A stretch of DNA of 63,933 nt, counting the filler, from Basidiobolus ranarum (taxonomy: Eukaryota): the NCBI GenBank assembly GCA_040143965.1. It is 46 parts of 46 records of this genome, joined end to end, with 100 filler letters (N's around TTAATTAATTAA, not from the genome) between each part and the next. Parts side by side here need not be neighbours in the genome. Positions count along the whole stretch, not along the records: positions 48,772 to 50,060 come from JASJQH010005674.1; positions 50,161 to 51,449 come from JASJQH010005675.1; positions 51,550 to 52,837 come from JASJQH010005676.1; positions 52,938 to 54,225 come from JASJQH010005677.1; positions 54,326 to 55,613 come from JASJQH010005678.1; positions 55,714 to 57,000 come from JASJQH010005679.1; positions 57,101 to 58,387 come from JASJQH010005680.1; positions 58,488 to 59,774 come from JASJQH010005681.1; 38 more parts are not named here. One strand, 5' to 3'. The position numbers and the translations under genes are program-made. Positions 49,070 to 61,261 of the stretch are shown here, piece by piece (position 1 is the first letter of the stretch; every line of letters starts with the position of its first letter). Under the pieces are notes generated by a model. The model saw only the letters and a program-made list of their open reading frames with translations, did not search any database and was not told where the DNA came from.

Positions 49070-50060
49070 CTCTAACAAAAATAAAATCTATTTGATCTGG
49101 ATCAGATCCACCCTCCAAAATAGCAAAACTGTCAGAGAACTGTCACAATATTGTTGGCTTGCATTCTGCCAGGGATTTTGATGGTGTGATGGCAGTTTCT
49201 TGACAGTATCTCACCTGTATTTATACATGTTGAAATATTGATCCTCAATTTTGGCATGCATTATTCAATATCCAGCAATTTTTGCAAAAATATAATTTTT
49301 GAAAGGCAAATTACTGAGTTTACTGCTGTAGGAATTTGAATTAATATGCATGCCTTTATTTAGATATTTTAGGCTTTGTATTCCAGCCATAATGAGAATC
49401 AAAAAATACAAGAATCTTGTTGTGTTTAGTCCTTACATATGAACATATTTGACTGATTAGACATAACTCAACAACATCAATATGCTCTACCAGCAAACTG
49501 ATGGTGGTAAAATTGCTAAACATCTGAAATTTTGAATAGCACTGACACTTGGCTAATAGCTGATTCTTGTTACTGTTAACAATGAGAATAAGCTCTTGGA
49601 TTTTGGCAAATCTCCGTAAAGAATTCAGCTAATATATCCCCAAGTTGCAGTCAACAAGTATCATCCTACAAGTAGATGTGTCATTGCTTGAATACATTAT
49701 CCCATGGCTAAAACAATAATACTGGATATCTGCATCTATCTCACCAAGAAGTCTCTCTTGCAGCTTTCCTAAAGATACCGTCAGATTATTACACAAGCAA
49801 ATTAGTCCAATTATAAAGGTACTTACTCTGTGTCCATGGATTGGGCTTTGTTGCTGTTATTGTGTTCAAACAATGCAAAAACCCATGAGCACATTGAAAA
49901 GAGCCCTTTGTTGGCAGGTTGATATACTCTGGAGTCTCCTTAAACCATCGCATTACATCCATCACTGATTTTGCTGATACATTGTTAATCAGATTAGCAT
50001 ATGGTAATACTGACAATTTCACACAGAGCATCATTTCACCGCAGGTGCGCTCCATTGGGA
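49070..50060 (-). mobile_element. CCCTA-type R end and transposase C-terminus, nested in another copy (48772-49069)
   Basis: CTCTAACAAAAAT terminus; PMERTCGEMM. Confidence 0.8.
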
Positions 50061-50160
50061 NNNNNNNNNNNNNNNNNNNNNNNNNNNNNNNNNNNNNNNN
50101 NNNNTTAATTAATTAANNNNNNNNNNNNNNNNNNNNNNNNNNNNNNNNNNNNNNNNNNNN

Positions 50161-51449
50161 TCAGCTGAAACCAACAAAACCTATGCTTCATAAGCTCCCC
50201 CCCAAATACCTAGCCTTTGCTGATATCTTTGACAAGAAGAAATCTGATATACTCCCAGCTCACCACCCATATCATTGCCTTATAGATCTACAAGAAGGAA
50301 TAAAACCACCTTTTGAGCCTATATATGAGCTGACCCAGCCAGAACTCAACACTCTGAAGGAGCATAGTCCAGAAAATCTAGAGAAAGCATTTACCCAACA
50401 TTCAAAGTCCCCAGCATGCTCTCCAATCTTGTTTGTTAAGAAAAAGGATGGATCCCTCCATCTCTGTGCTGATTAACAAGGCCTAAATAGCATTACAGTC
50501 AAAAATTGGTACTCCTTGCCATTAATCAACTCACTCTTGGATCAGATTGCTTCAGCCAAGGTGTTTACAAAGATTGCTGTAAGAGATGCTTACAATCTTG
50601 TAAGAATTAAACCAGGAGACCAGTGGAAAACTGCCTTTGAACTTGCAATGGACACTTCAAATACAATATCATGCCATTTGGACTTACCAATGCCCCTGCA
50701 GTCTTTCAGCACATGATGAATGATATCTTCAGAGAGTATATTGACCAATTTGTGGTAATATACCTTCACAATATCTTGGTCTTCTCAAGCTCTCAAGAAG
50801 AACATGATATTCATGTTTCCCAAGTCCTAGAAAAGCTGAAAACCTCCGGGCTCTATGCTAAACTTGAGAAATGTGAATTTGATCAAGCTTAAGTTGAATT
50901 CTTTGGATATAGCATCAGCCCATCAGGCATCTCCATGGACCCTAAGATGGTTGAATCTGTTCTGTCTTGGGATATTCAAAAGAATGTTAAGGATGTCCAA
51001 TCTTTCCTTGGATTTGCAAACTTTCACCAACAGTTTGTCAAGAACTATTCCAAAATATCTGCTCCATTAACAAACCTTACAAAGAAAGAACTCTCATTTG
51101 ACTGGAACCCATCTTGCCAACAAGCATTTGTAACTTTAAAGGGTGCCTTTACCTCAGCACCAATCCTGGCACAACCCAAATGAGACAAGCCATTTATTGT
51201 TGAAACTGGTGCATCTGACTTTGCTCTAGGAGCAGTATTATCACAGTTTGATGATGACAACTTACTACACAGTGTTGCCTTTTACTAAAGAAGGTTCTCT
51301 GCCACAGAAATCAACTACAACATCTATGACAAGGAACTATTAGCAATTATTGCTGAGTTTGAATAATGGCAACAATACTTGGATGGAGTAAATCACAAAA
51401 TCACAGTTTATTGTGATCACAAGTATCTTCAGTATTTTAGTACAACCAA
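50161..51449 (+). pseudogene. Ty3/gypsy RT-RNase H fragment
   Basis: [25 protein letters not shown] (decayed YLDD); QSFLGFANF; YDKELLAI. Confidence 0.93.
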
Positions 51450-51549
51450 NNNNNNNNNNNNNNNNNNNNNNNNNNNNNNNNNNNNNNNNNNNNTTAATTA
51501 ATTAANNNNNNNNNNNNNNNNNNNNNNNNNNNNNNNNNNNNNNNNNNNN

Positions 51550-52836
51550 AACTCACTAATGCTTCCAACAATACTTCGAAGCTGTTGGCAATCTGCTGAG
51601 CATAGTGCTTCGATATCAAGCTGCTAACTGCATCCAAGTAATATGTGATCTCACTATTACCCACATTCACGCTCAAAGTTAAAGGATACTAAGATAAAAG
51701 TATTGTTAGATATTTGTCTATAATGTAATACAAATATTTTCGTAAAACACTACTCCATGACTTACCTCAGTAGCTTCGTTTCCTTGAATCGGAACAAGCT
51801 TAAATTCACCTTCATCATCGATTTTATCTTTGGGTGTTTTTGAGTGTTCTTTCTGAGTAGATGAGTTGACTCTATAGTTGATTATACTGTCGAATAAAGG
51901 AGATACCCCCACCCATTCTTGAATATCACGTAAGCTACTTTGCTGATAAGACAGTGCAAATGTGTAACTTTCATGGATTTGCAAAAGTAACTCAGCAATG
52001 GTAGTTTGGTTATCACAGAGTGTACGACTTGGAAGAGTATTGATACAAGGGCCGACGATGGTTGAAACACCCTCCAGATCTCCATTTCGTCCATTGAGCA
52101 CATAGCCAAACACCACATCATTACTTTGAGTATACTCTCGCAACAGAATAGCCCAAGCCGCCTTGATCAGTGTAAATGCGGTTACATGAAGTTGCTGAGC
52201 GCATTGTGATATCCTCTCGACCGGTAATTGTATGGATCTAGCAATTTGATTCCTTGTTGGACCCGACTCCTGAGGTGCTCCAAGACGGGGGATAAAGGCC
52301 CTACTCAATTGTGCGAACTTATTCAGCCAATAATATTTTTCTTTAGCAACGTCATCTGAGGTTTTACTATAAATTTCTTCCACGAACTTTGCGAAAGGGT
52401 ATAAGGAAACACGTGGTTCACCATGATATACATCATGAAAGTCTTGTTGGACTAGTTCCCACGATGTAGCATCAAGAATAGCATGATGCCAATTGACGAG
52501 CAGCAATCGATACTTCTGCCCTGTTTCAACTATTGAAAATCTCAAAGTTGGTTCACCCAAATGGAATGTATTGGCTTTATCAGTAGTTAGGTACTTGGTA
52601 ACTGTCTCACGAAGCGAGTCGTAATCACACTTGATGTATGTCCAGTCTGGCTTATACTTTTTTAGTACTACTTGCATAAAGTTAAAGCAAGATACACTTG
52701 TGGGGGACTCCACAAAGATTGTCCGCAGGATTGGGTGATCGCGAAGAATAGTCTCCCAAGTGCTTTCAAACTTGATAAGATCAAAATCGCCAACAAGTTC
52801 AAACTGTTGTTGAATGTGATAATAGTCCGCATCCTT
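51550..52836 (-). CDS. Nonribosomal peptide synthetase condensation domain, internal fragment; exons 52836-51766 and 51688-51550
   Basis: RDHPILRTIF, catalytic WHHAILDATSW, AAWAILL, DVVFG...NGR, VGPCINTLP. A 77-bp intron at 51689-51765 (GTAAGT...TTAG) joins EATE|YPLTL in frame. Confidence 0.92.
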
Positions 52837-52937
52837 GNNNNNNNNNNNNNNNNNNNNNNNNNNNNNNNNNNNNNNNNNNNNTTAATTAATTAANNNNNNN
52901 NNNNNNNNNNNNNNNNNNNNNNNNNNNNNNNNNNNNN

Positions 52938-53082
52938 ACTTTTCTTAAACATACCACATAAGTAAAATAAACTGTTTCCAAAATGGTAAATAACATTGTG
53001 CCAGATAGTGCCCAATCATGCCAATTTGTGCTGGCACACTTTTTAGCTAGCCTGATCTGGCTCAATAAAATGGAACAAGTCT
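52938..53082. mobile_element. PIF/Harbinger-like element end inserted in copia integrase
   Basis: Shared with ~14705-14789; ends GGAACAAGTCT. Confidence 0.5.
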
Positions 53083-54071
53083 ATTACTAGTATGTATTTG
53101 CTTGATTTTGTTTCCAGTGTCAGTCTCCACAAGTGCTTTAAAGTCTCTAGCAATACAGAGAGCTTCTTTTTTTCCTTCTACAAAGTTGGCCCAAGTGTAC
53201 TTTATTAAAACATCAATCTATGTGAATAAATATCTTTATCTGCCTAAAGATAAACTTTGCATTGGTCCACAAATATCTGAACAAGTTAGATCCAATTTTT
53301 TGACAAATTTGATTAAACCAGAGCTCTTGAATGGTTGGCTTGCTTGTTTTCCCTATATACTGCCCTTGTAAATTTCATTTTGGTTGGGGGTTAATTTGAA
53401 TTCCCAAAAATAGACAATTTTGATCATTTTGCTCAAATAATCAAATCCAATATGGCCAAATCCCTTATGCCATAATTGAATAGTTTCTTGATTGAAGTAA
53501 CTTATATTTACACATAAACCTCTTGGATAATTTGTAAGTTTGTATCAGCTCTGATCTCATTTGCCAGAAGCTAAATAATTACTATTTTGGTCAGTGATGG
53601 TGCATCCTGACTTATCAAAATTTTATTTTAGCCCTTCTGAGATGGACTTGCATACAGATACTGAATTCTTGGCAATATCTGATAAATGTAGTACATCCTT
53701 AAAAGTATACACTTTCTCTTCAGAAGCTCCAGTTGAATTGACTTGAATTGTTCCCATTCCAATGGCATCCAATGTGCAGTCATCTCCCATGAAAACCATT
53801 CTATTTGGGATTTCTTCATAATCCACAAACCTATGTTTTTCATTTATGAAATGTTGGGAGGCTCCAGTATCAATATGCCCTGTCTGAGAATTCTTGTGGT
53901 GGTCACAGATAGAGCAGTTATGATCAAGTAATCTTCCATTATAACCTCATTTCCAGATTCAGTGTATTTTTCTTCTTTTGCAAATCTTTTAAAGGGATCT
54001 TTGCTTAAATGGCCAGTTCTTTTACAGTAATCACTGAATGTGTTACTTTTCTTCTCAAAGTGCATTAGACC
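53083..54071 (-). pseudogene. Ty1/copia gag knuckle - protease - integrase fragment
   Basis: DYCKRTGH; IDTGASQH; FKDVLH; LWHK.FGH; SDICGPM. Confidence 0.88.
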
Positions 54072-54225
54072 TATTGAGAAAATGTGGGCTGTTTGGAGGA
54101 ACTTTAGAAAAGTAGAGTTGTGAATAGCTTTGTGAGATAATTATTTATTGTCCAGAAATAAAGCATTTATACATTTTGGTAGAAATACAGAAAACTAACA
54201 CTGGGGTTGTGTTCAGAACATCTGT
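54072..54225 (-). mobile_element. LTR family E 3' end
   Basis: TATTGAGAAAATGTGGGCTG. Confidence 0.8.
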
Positions 54226-54325
54226 NNNNNNNNNNNNNNNNNNNNNNNNNNNNNNNNNNNNNNNNNNNNTTAATTAATTAANNNNNNNNNNNNNNNNNNN
54301 NNNNNNNNNNNNNNNNNNNNNNNNN

Positions 54326-55613
54326 CTGAAGTCATGTACTGTCTGCACACAATTGGGAATCACTGAATCAGGTAAATATTGTTCATATTTGGCTTACATA
54401 CCATTGATTCCCTGCCTCAACATTTTGATGAAATCACCCTAATATAGATCATTGATCCAATACCAAAGTACTCACCATAAAGCTGATGGTATTACTAATA
54501 TACTTGATGGATATCACTACAAGAATTTGAAAAGTCAAGGTTTCTTTCAAAACATGTATGATCATGGAATTGCATTGGCTCTGGATGGTTTCTTGCTAAA
54601 CAAATATACCTTTGGAAAGGCTTGCTGGCCAATAATTTTAATTAACTTATATCTTCCTCCTTCTGAATGGTACAAGAGTCATAATACTTTGATACTATCC
54701 TTGATATCTGTACCTAGATCACCAGTTCTTATAGATACCTTCTTGGAGCCTTTGCTTGCAGAATTTGAACAGCTATCTAATGGGGTTTAGATGGGTGAAT
54801 GTTTTATCAAAGCCAATATCATTGTATATATTGGTGACACTCCTGCCATCAGTACACCGGGAGGTTTTTGTGGGCACAATGCACTATCTTGCTGTAGATT
54901 TTGTCAAATCAATGGAGTTTACTCTATCAGGCATACACATTCCAGCTGTCCAAATTCAAAACTAAACTCCATGATTTTACTGTCAAGAGCCTGGGCAGAT
55001 TTCAGCATGATCACTGATATCAATTCACCAAATAGTCAGTTCAACATCAAGCTTGGTGTTAGCCATAAGCCTAAGATTCTATTGCTAAAGGACATCAGCT
55101 GGAGCCAAAGCTTCCCATTAGGCACTATGCACTTGCTATTTGACAATATTTCAATACCACTTATTCAGCTATATAGTGGAAAATTCAATATGAATGAGCC
55201 ATTTGAGATAGGATCAAAGTTTGATTCAATTGGGAAAAAACTTGAAAAGGTCAAGATAGCATCATGTTTTACCTGGACTCCTATCAATATCCACTCATCT
55301 AGGCATTTATTCAAATGCAAAGACTAGAAATGTTGGATTTGCATATATTTAAGTGGAATCTTGAAAAGATTTCTGCCTGACAAGTATTGGCAACATTGGG
55401 AGTTGTTTATGGATATTGTTGATATATTCTTATGGCATCAGCTCACATTGGCAGATACAGCAACTGTGCAAAGATGTTGTAATGGATATGAAAAACTTTA
55501 TTACAGGTTTAAAGAACATAGACTGAATCTATGCCAGTATTCAATACATTCCCTGCTGCATCTTTCACAATGCTTAGAGATTATAGGCCCTTGCTATACA
55601 TTCTGGGAGTTCC
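54326..55613 (+). pseudogene. En/Spm (CACTA) transposase core (Transposase_21/tnp2)
   Basis: ALALDGF...CWPIILINLYLPP...PRSP.LIDTFLEPL..E...L..G; GDTPA...GF.GHNA...CRFC; FPLGTMHLLFDNI. Confidence 0.9.
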
Positions 55614-55713
55614 NNNNNNNNNNNNNNNNNNNNNNNNNNNNNNNNNNNNNNNNNNNNTTAATTAATTAANNNNNNNNNNNNNNNNNNNNNNNNNNNNNNN
55701 NNNNNNNNNNNNN

Positions 55714-56612
55714 CTGCACCAGTGTTTTAAAATCTCTAAAGACAGAGAGAGCTTCTTCTTTTCTTTCCATAAAGTAGACCCCAGTGTATCTTGTATAATC
55801 ATCAATAAATGTGATTAAATATCTTGTTCTGCCTAAAGATAAATTTTGCCTAGGTCTGCACAAATCTGCATGAATTAGATCCAATTTTTTGACAGATTTG
55901 ATTAAACCAGAGCTCTTGAATAGTTGCCTGGCTTGTTTCCCATATATTCAACCCTCACGAATTTCCATTTTGGTTGGGAGGTTAATTTGAATTCCAGAAA
56001 TTAGGCAAATTTGGATCATTTTGCTCAAAAAATCAAATCCAATTTGGCCAAATCTCTTATGCCATAATTGAATAGTTTTTTGATTGGAATTACTTATATT
56101 AACATGTAAACCTCTTGGGTTATATGTAAGCTTGTATAAGTTTAGATCACTTTCTCCCAAATCTAAATAATTCCCATGTTGATCAGTGATGATGCATCCT
56201 GACTAATCAAAATTGAATTTTAGCCCTTCTGAGGTAGCCTTGCATAGAGATATTAATTCTTGGCAATATCTAGAACCTGTAGTACATCCTTAAAATTAGA
56301 TACTCTCTCTTCAGAAGCCCCAGTTAAATTGACTTGAATTGTTCCCATTCCATAGCATCCCATGTGCAGTCATCTCCCATGAAAACATTTCTAATCGGGA
56401 TTTCTTCATAGTCCACAAACCAATGTTTTTCATTTGTGAAATGTTAGGAAGCTCCAGAATCAATATACCACCTCTGAGAATCCTTGTTGGTAATCATAGA
56501 TAAAGCAGATGTGAACAAGTGTTCTTCTGTTGTAACCACAGTTCCAGATTCAGTACATTTCTCTTCTTGTGCAATTCTATTAAAGCAATATTTGCTTAAA
56601 TGGCCAGTTCTT
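55714..56612 (-). pseudogene. Ty1/copia protease-integrase fragment
   Basis: WYIDSGAS; LWHKRFG; IHADLC; FIDDYTRY. Confidence 0.92.
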
Positions 56613-57000
56613 TGTTGAAATTTGCTTAGCCTAAACATCTATATAGTCATATATAGCTTAGTACTTGGTTATCTTATGATTCACTAAGTTATTATCCATT
56701 ATTCTCAATTGGAGTTTACTTGGAATATTTTTATCAACTTATAAGTTCTCAAATATATAGATTTTTCAAACTTGTGTTAGAAGCCCTGAACTTTGCACAC
56801 ATGTTCCTGGGACCTTGCTTTACACATTTTACATGTTAGTTTGTTTACATCCTGACAATACTATGAATGTCAACTTTCTACACAATAAATCAATAAGTGA
56901 AACCACCAATTCCTCTAATTCTTCAAACCACTTCCAACAGGCTCCCAAATACTTTAACAGGTTATGAGCCCCAAGCTTGCAATGTCTGCAATGTCTACTT
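56613..57000 (+). mobile_element. Copia 5' LTR family D (56613-56959) and PBS
   Basis: TGTTG...TTTAACA|GGTTATGAGCCC. Confidence 0.9.
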
Positions 57001-57100
57001 NNNNNNNNNNNNNNNNNNNNNNNNNNNNNNNNNNNNNNNNNNNNTTAATTAATTAANNNNNNNNNNNNNNNNNNNNNNNNNNNNNNNNNNNNNNNNNNNN

Positions 57101-57497
57101 TAGGGTCCATGGAGATGCCTGATGGGCTGATGTTATATCCAAGGAATTTTACTTGAACTTGATCAAAATTGCATTTCTCAAGTGTAGCATAGGGCCCAGA
57201 GGTTTTCAACTTTTCTAGGACTTGGGAAACACAAATGTTATGTTCTTCTTGAGAGCTTGAGAAGACCAAGATATTGTCAATGTAGATTACCACAAATTGG
57301 TCAAGATAATCTCTGAAGATATCATTCATCATGTGTTGAAAGACTGCAGGGGCATTGGTAAGACCAAATGGCATGACATTGTATTTGAAGTGTCCATAGC
57401 GAGTTTGAAAGGCAGTTTTCCATTGGTCTCCTGGTTTGATTCTTACAAGATTGTAAACACCTTGGCTGAAGCAAGCTGATGCAAGAGTGAGTTGATT
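57101..57497 (-). pseudogene. Ty3/gypsy RT fragment
   Basis: [33 protein letters not shown]. Confidence 0.92.
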
Positions 57498-58387
57498 AGG
57501 TTTTTGTGGGCACAATGCACTATCTTGCTGTAGATTTTGTCAAACCAGTGGATTCTACTCTATCAGGCATATACATTACTAATATCCAAATACAAAACTA
57601 AACTCCATGATTTTACCATCAAGAGTCTGTCAGATTTCAAAATGATCACTGATATTTGTTCCCCAAATAGTCAGTCTAACATTAAACTTGGTATTGTCCA
57701 TAAGCCTAATATTTTATTGCTAAAAGGGATCAGCTGGAGCCAGAGCTTCCCATTAGGCACCATGCCCTTACTATTCAGTAACATTCCAATAGTACTTACT
57801 CAGTAATATAATGAAAAATTTAATATGAATGAGGCATTCAAGATAGGATCAATGGTTGAATCAATTATGAAGATGCTTGCACACATCAAGATACCATCAT
57901 ATTAGCAGGACTCCCATAATATCCACTCAACTAGGCAATTATTCAAATGCAAAGACTGTAAGTATTGGATTTTTGTATATTCAAGTGGAATTTTGAAAAG
58001 ATTATGGCCTGATAAGTATTGGAAACATTGGGAGTTATTTGTGGATCTTGTTATATATTCTTATGGTATCAACTCACATTTGCAGATCTCAGATAGATAC
58101 AGCAACTGTGCAATGATTTTGTAATTGGATATGAAAAACTTTTTTATAGGTTAAAAGAAGATAGACTGAATCTATGCTGGTATTCAATACATTCCCTGTC
58201 TCATCTTTGACAATGCTTAGAGATTATAGGCCCTTGCTATGCATTCTGGGAGCTCCCAATGGAGTGCACCTGTGGTGAAATGATGCTCTGTGTGAAATTG
58301 TCAGTATTACCATATGCTAATCTGATTAGCAATGTATCAGTAGAATTGGTGATGGATGTAATACAATGGGTTAAGGAGACTCTAGAG
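57498..58387 (+). pseudogene. En/Spm transposase fragment
   Basis: Homologous to 54860-55613 and 8383-9100. Confidence 0.8.
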
Positions 58388-58487
58388 NNNNNNNNNNNNN
58401 NNNNNNNNNNNNNNNNNNNNNNNNNNNNNNNTTAATTAATTAANNNNNNNNNNNNNNNNNNNNNNNNNNNNNNNNNNNNNNNNNNNN

Positions 58488-58933
58488 CAAGACAAGACTG
58501 GACAAGGAAGATACTTTGGCAAGAATCTTTATTGATAACTGGTGTTGATCAGACTGAGGTCTGATCAAGGAATACATGGGGCTTATATAGATATTGCAGA
58601 GTGAAACGTAATATACTGAATAGGGAATATACTGTGGCAAGTTCCAGTGTTAGGGTGTTGGAGACTACAAGGACCAATACAAAGAGAGATGAGGTAAGGA
58701 TGATCTGGTGACCTTCCATGGAAGGTCTTGGCAGAAATACACTATGTGTGGGATCACATGATTGGTTAGGTATCATGGAATGTTCCAACAAACATGACTT
58801 CCATATAAGGTAACCTGGTTGAACTAACACAAGATTGCTGAGAAGGGATGGCACAGCAGATGTGATGTCATAATCTAATAATAGAAGAGTTCTATTTGCA
58901 GTGGATCATTATGCCAAGATCAGAATCATGACA
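58488..58933 (-). mobile_element. LTR family A, partial
   Basis: Terminus ...CAGAATCATGACA at 58933. Confidence 0.8.
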
Positions 58934-59244
58934 CCTTCAATTTAGATCATGGCTGCTTGTTCATCAATAACCAAATGATACTTTGAAGGGATTTTGGCCT
59001 CAGTGTTCAATGCATAAATATTAGCAACAATTCAATCTTGTTTTCACAATCCAAATCCTACATACTGCCCATTTCTGTTTATGAATATTTTGTCTTTGGC
59101 ATTTGGACAGACTTCTTTTTAATATTAATTATATTTATTACAACTAACATGATGATTGTAGCTATGACAGACTTGAAGATTGAAACAAATACTAAAATTT
59201 GAATTGCCTTAGTGATATAACAATCATGATTAAAATAGTATATA

Positions 59245-59774
59245 CCCTAACAAAAATAAAATTGATTTGATCTGGATCAGATCTGCCCTTCTGGATTGCA
59301 AAACTGTCAGAGAACCATCATAATATTGGTGGCTTGCATTCTGCCAGGTATTTTGATGGTGAGATGGTGGCTTCTTGATGGTATTTTGACAGTATTCATG
59401 CATGCTAAAATATTGATCCTCATATTTGGCATGCATTGTTTAACTTCCTACAATTCTTGCAAAAAACTATTTTTGAATGGCAAATTGATGGGTTTACTGC
59501 TACAGGAATTTGAATTATGATGCATGCCTTTATTTAGATATTTTAGGCTATGTATTCCAGCCATAATGAGAATCAAAATAGCAAAGATCTTGTTGTGTTC
59601 AGTCACTATATATGCACATGCTTGACTGTTCAGATCTAACTTAATAACATCAATATGCTTTACCAGCAAACTAATTGTGTCCATGGATTGGGTTTTGTTG
59701 TTGTTACTGTGCTGAAACATTGTGAAAACCCTTGAGCACATTGAAAAGAGCCCTTTGTTAAATGGTTAATATAC
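59245..59774 (-). mobile_element. CCCTA-type R end with an internal deletion
   Basis: CCCTAACAAAAAT; relative to 49070-50060 it jumps from CAGCAAACTAAT to GTGTCCATGG. Confidence 0.78.
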
Positions 59775-59874
59775 NNNNNNNNNNNNNNNNNNNNNNNNNN
59801 NNNNNNNNNNNNNNNNNNTTAATTAATTAANNNNNNNNNNNNNNNNNNNNNNNNNNNNNNNNNNNNNNNNNNNN

Positions 59875-60625
59875 GTTGAATTGGCCTCAGATACAGCTGG
59901 AATCCTATCTGACAATTCATAACTAGTGCCAATTTTGTTTGTGGGATCAAGAACTCTGACTTGAGGTGAAAAATTTGCTTTCACATCAATATTACATTTC
60001 TGCTCTGCATTGACTGACAATTTTCTGTAGGCAATATACGGTGCAACCAAAGATCCTGAGATGATCCACACTTGGTTTGATCCATATAGGGCTTCTAATG
60101 GAGTAGAATATCTCAGCACTCTTGTTAAGCATTGCTTTTAGATATAGACTGCAATGGAACCATATTCAGCCCAATATTGGTAATCTGACTTTGATCTTGT
60201 CACATTGATCTTGGCATCTCCACTTTGATCCTATTACCTGATTCTGCAACTCTATTTTACTGTCAAATATATGGTAAAATAGCTTTTGGCTTAATTCCAA
60301 TTTTAGAGCATAAACTAGCAAAGTCTTTAGTGCAGTATACTCTACCATTGCTCAGTAGTGTTTAAACATAGCTTAGGTTTCAGGTTCTCAATTGAAAAAG
60401 AATACCTAAGTAAATCTTGTTTAGTCATCAATAAGATCATAGAGTGCATTTTGCAACCTAGTGTGACATTTTTTGCAAGCCCACCTAGTTTGGAATGAAT
60501 TGGTGAAGAATTCTTAATAGATCTGATCCCTACAGAGCTTGAAAAAGGTTGTCTGCAATGTTTTCTATATATGCCACCTTTTCACACAACTAATTTGGCA
60601 ATATTTTCATTTTCAAAGCCAAAAC
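59875..60625 (-). pseudogene. Highly decayed Ty1/copia integrase
   Basis: DDY.RF.V remnant; AVYL...LTRVL...TPLEALYG.KP.VDHLRIFGC. Confidence 0.65.
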
Positions 60626-61161
60626 TGTTGAAATTAAATAAATAGCAACTCATTATTGAGTACTTACTTTGTTAATATTCAGATTATTAAGCACTCAATT
60701 GTGCCATTCAAAAACATTTATTTATTGCTATAATGAATTGAAATATGAAACAGATCACTTTTATGGATATTGACTATTTTCTCAAAATTTCTCCAAATTT
60801 ACACCCATGCTCAAAAGGCAAGTTTGTTATATTGTAAGCATGTCCTATAGCTCTACTTCATAGTAAGCTAGAAATACAACATATTCAATTCAATAAAACT
60901 TAAGTGTCTAATTCATAAATCCAAATCTTGTCCAAAACACTTCCAAATCCCCTAAACACTTTTATCAGGTTATGAGCCCCAAGCTAGCTGTTAAAGGAAT
61001 GTCTACCAGTACTATTACCAACATTTTTGCATCCACAGAGAAGTTTGATGGTGAAGACTTTCACCTTTGGAAGTTCAAGATGCAAATGGTGCTAGAAGAC
61101 AAGGACCTTTGGGGATTTGTTACAGGAGAAGAAATAGAGCCAAAGGGACCACCAGAAGCTA
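60626..61161 (+). mobile_element. Copia 5' LTR family C (60626-60967), PBS (60968-60979) and gag start (60972)
   Basis: TATCA|GGTTATGAGCCC; EKFDGEDFHLWKFKMQMVLEDKDLWGFVTG. Confidence 0.92.
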
Positions 61162-61261
61162 NNNNNNNNNNNNNNNNNNNNNNNNNNNNNNNNNNNNNNN
61201 NNNNNTTAATTAATTAANNNNNNNNNNNNNNNNNNNNNNNNNNNNNNNNNNNNNNNNNNNN

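Noticed and set aside
44602-52837. Biosynthetic cluster linking the NRPS with the FNT transporters
   Set aside because: They are on different contigs, placed near each other only by length sorting.
54326-55613. Stop-codon readthrough or alternative code in the broken transposase and pol ORFs
   Set aside because: Stops and frameshifts differ between copies and fit mutational decay; host genes read normally in the standard code.
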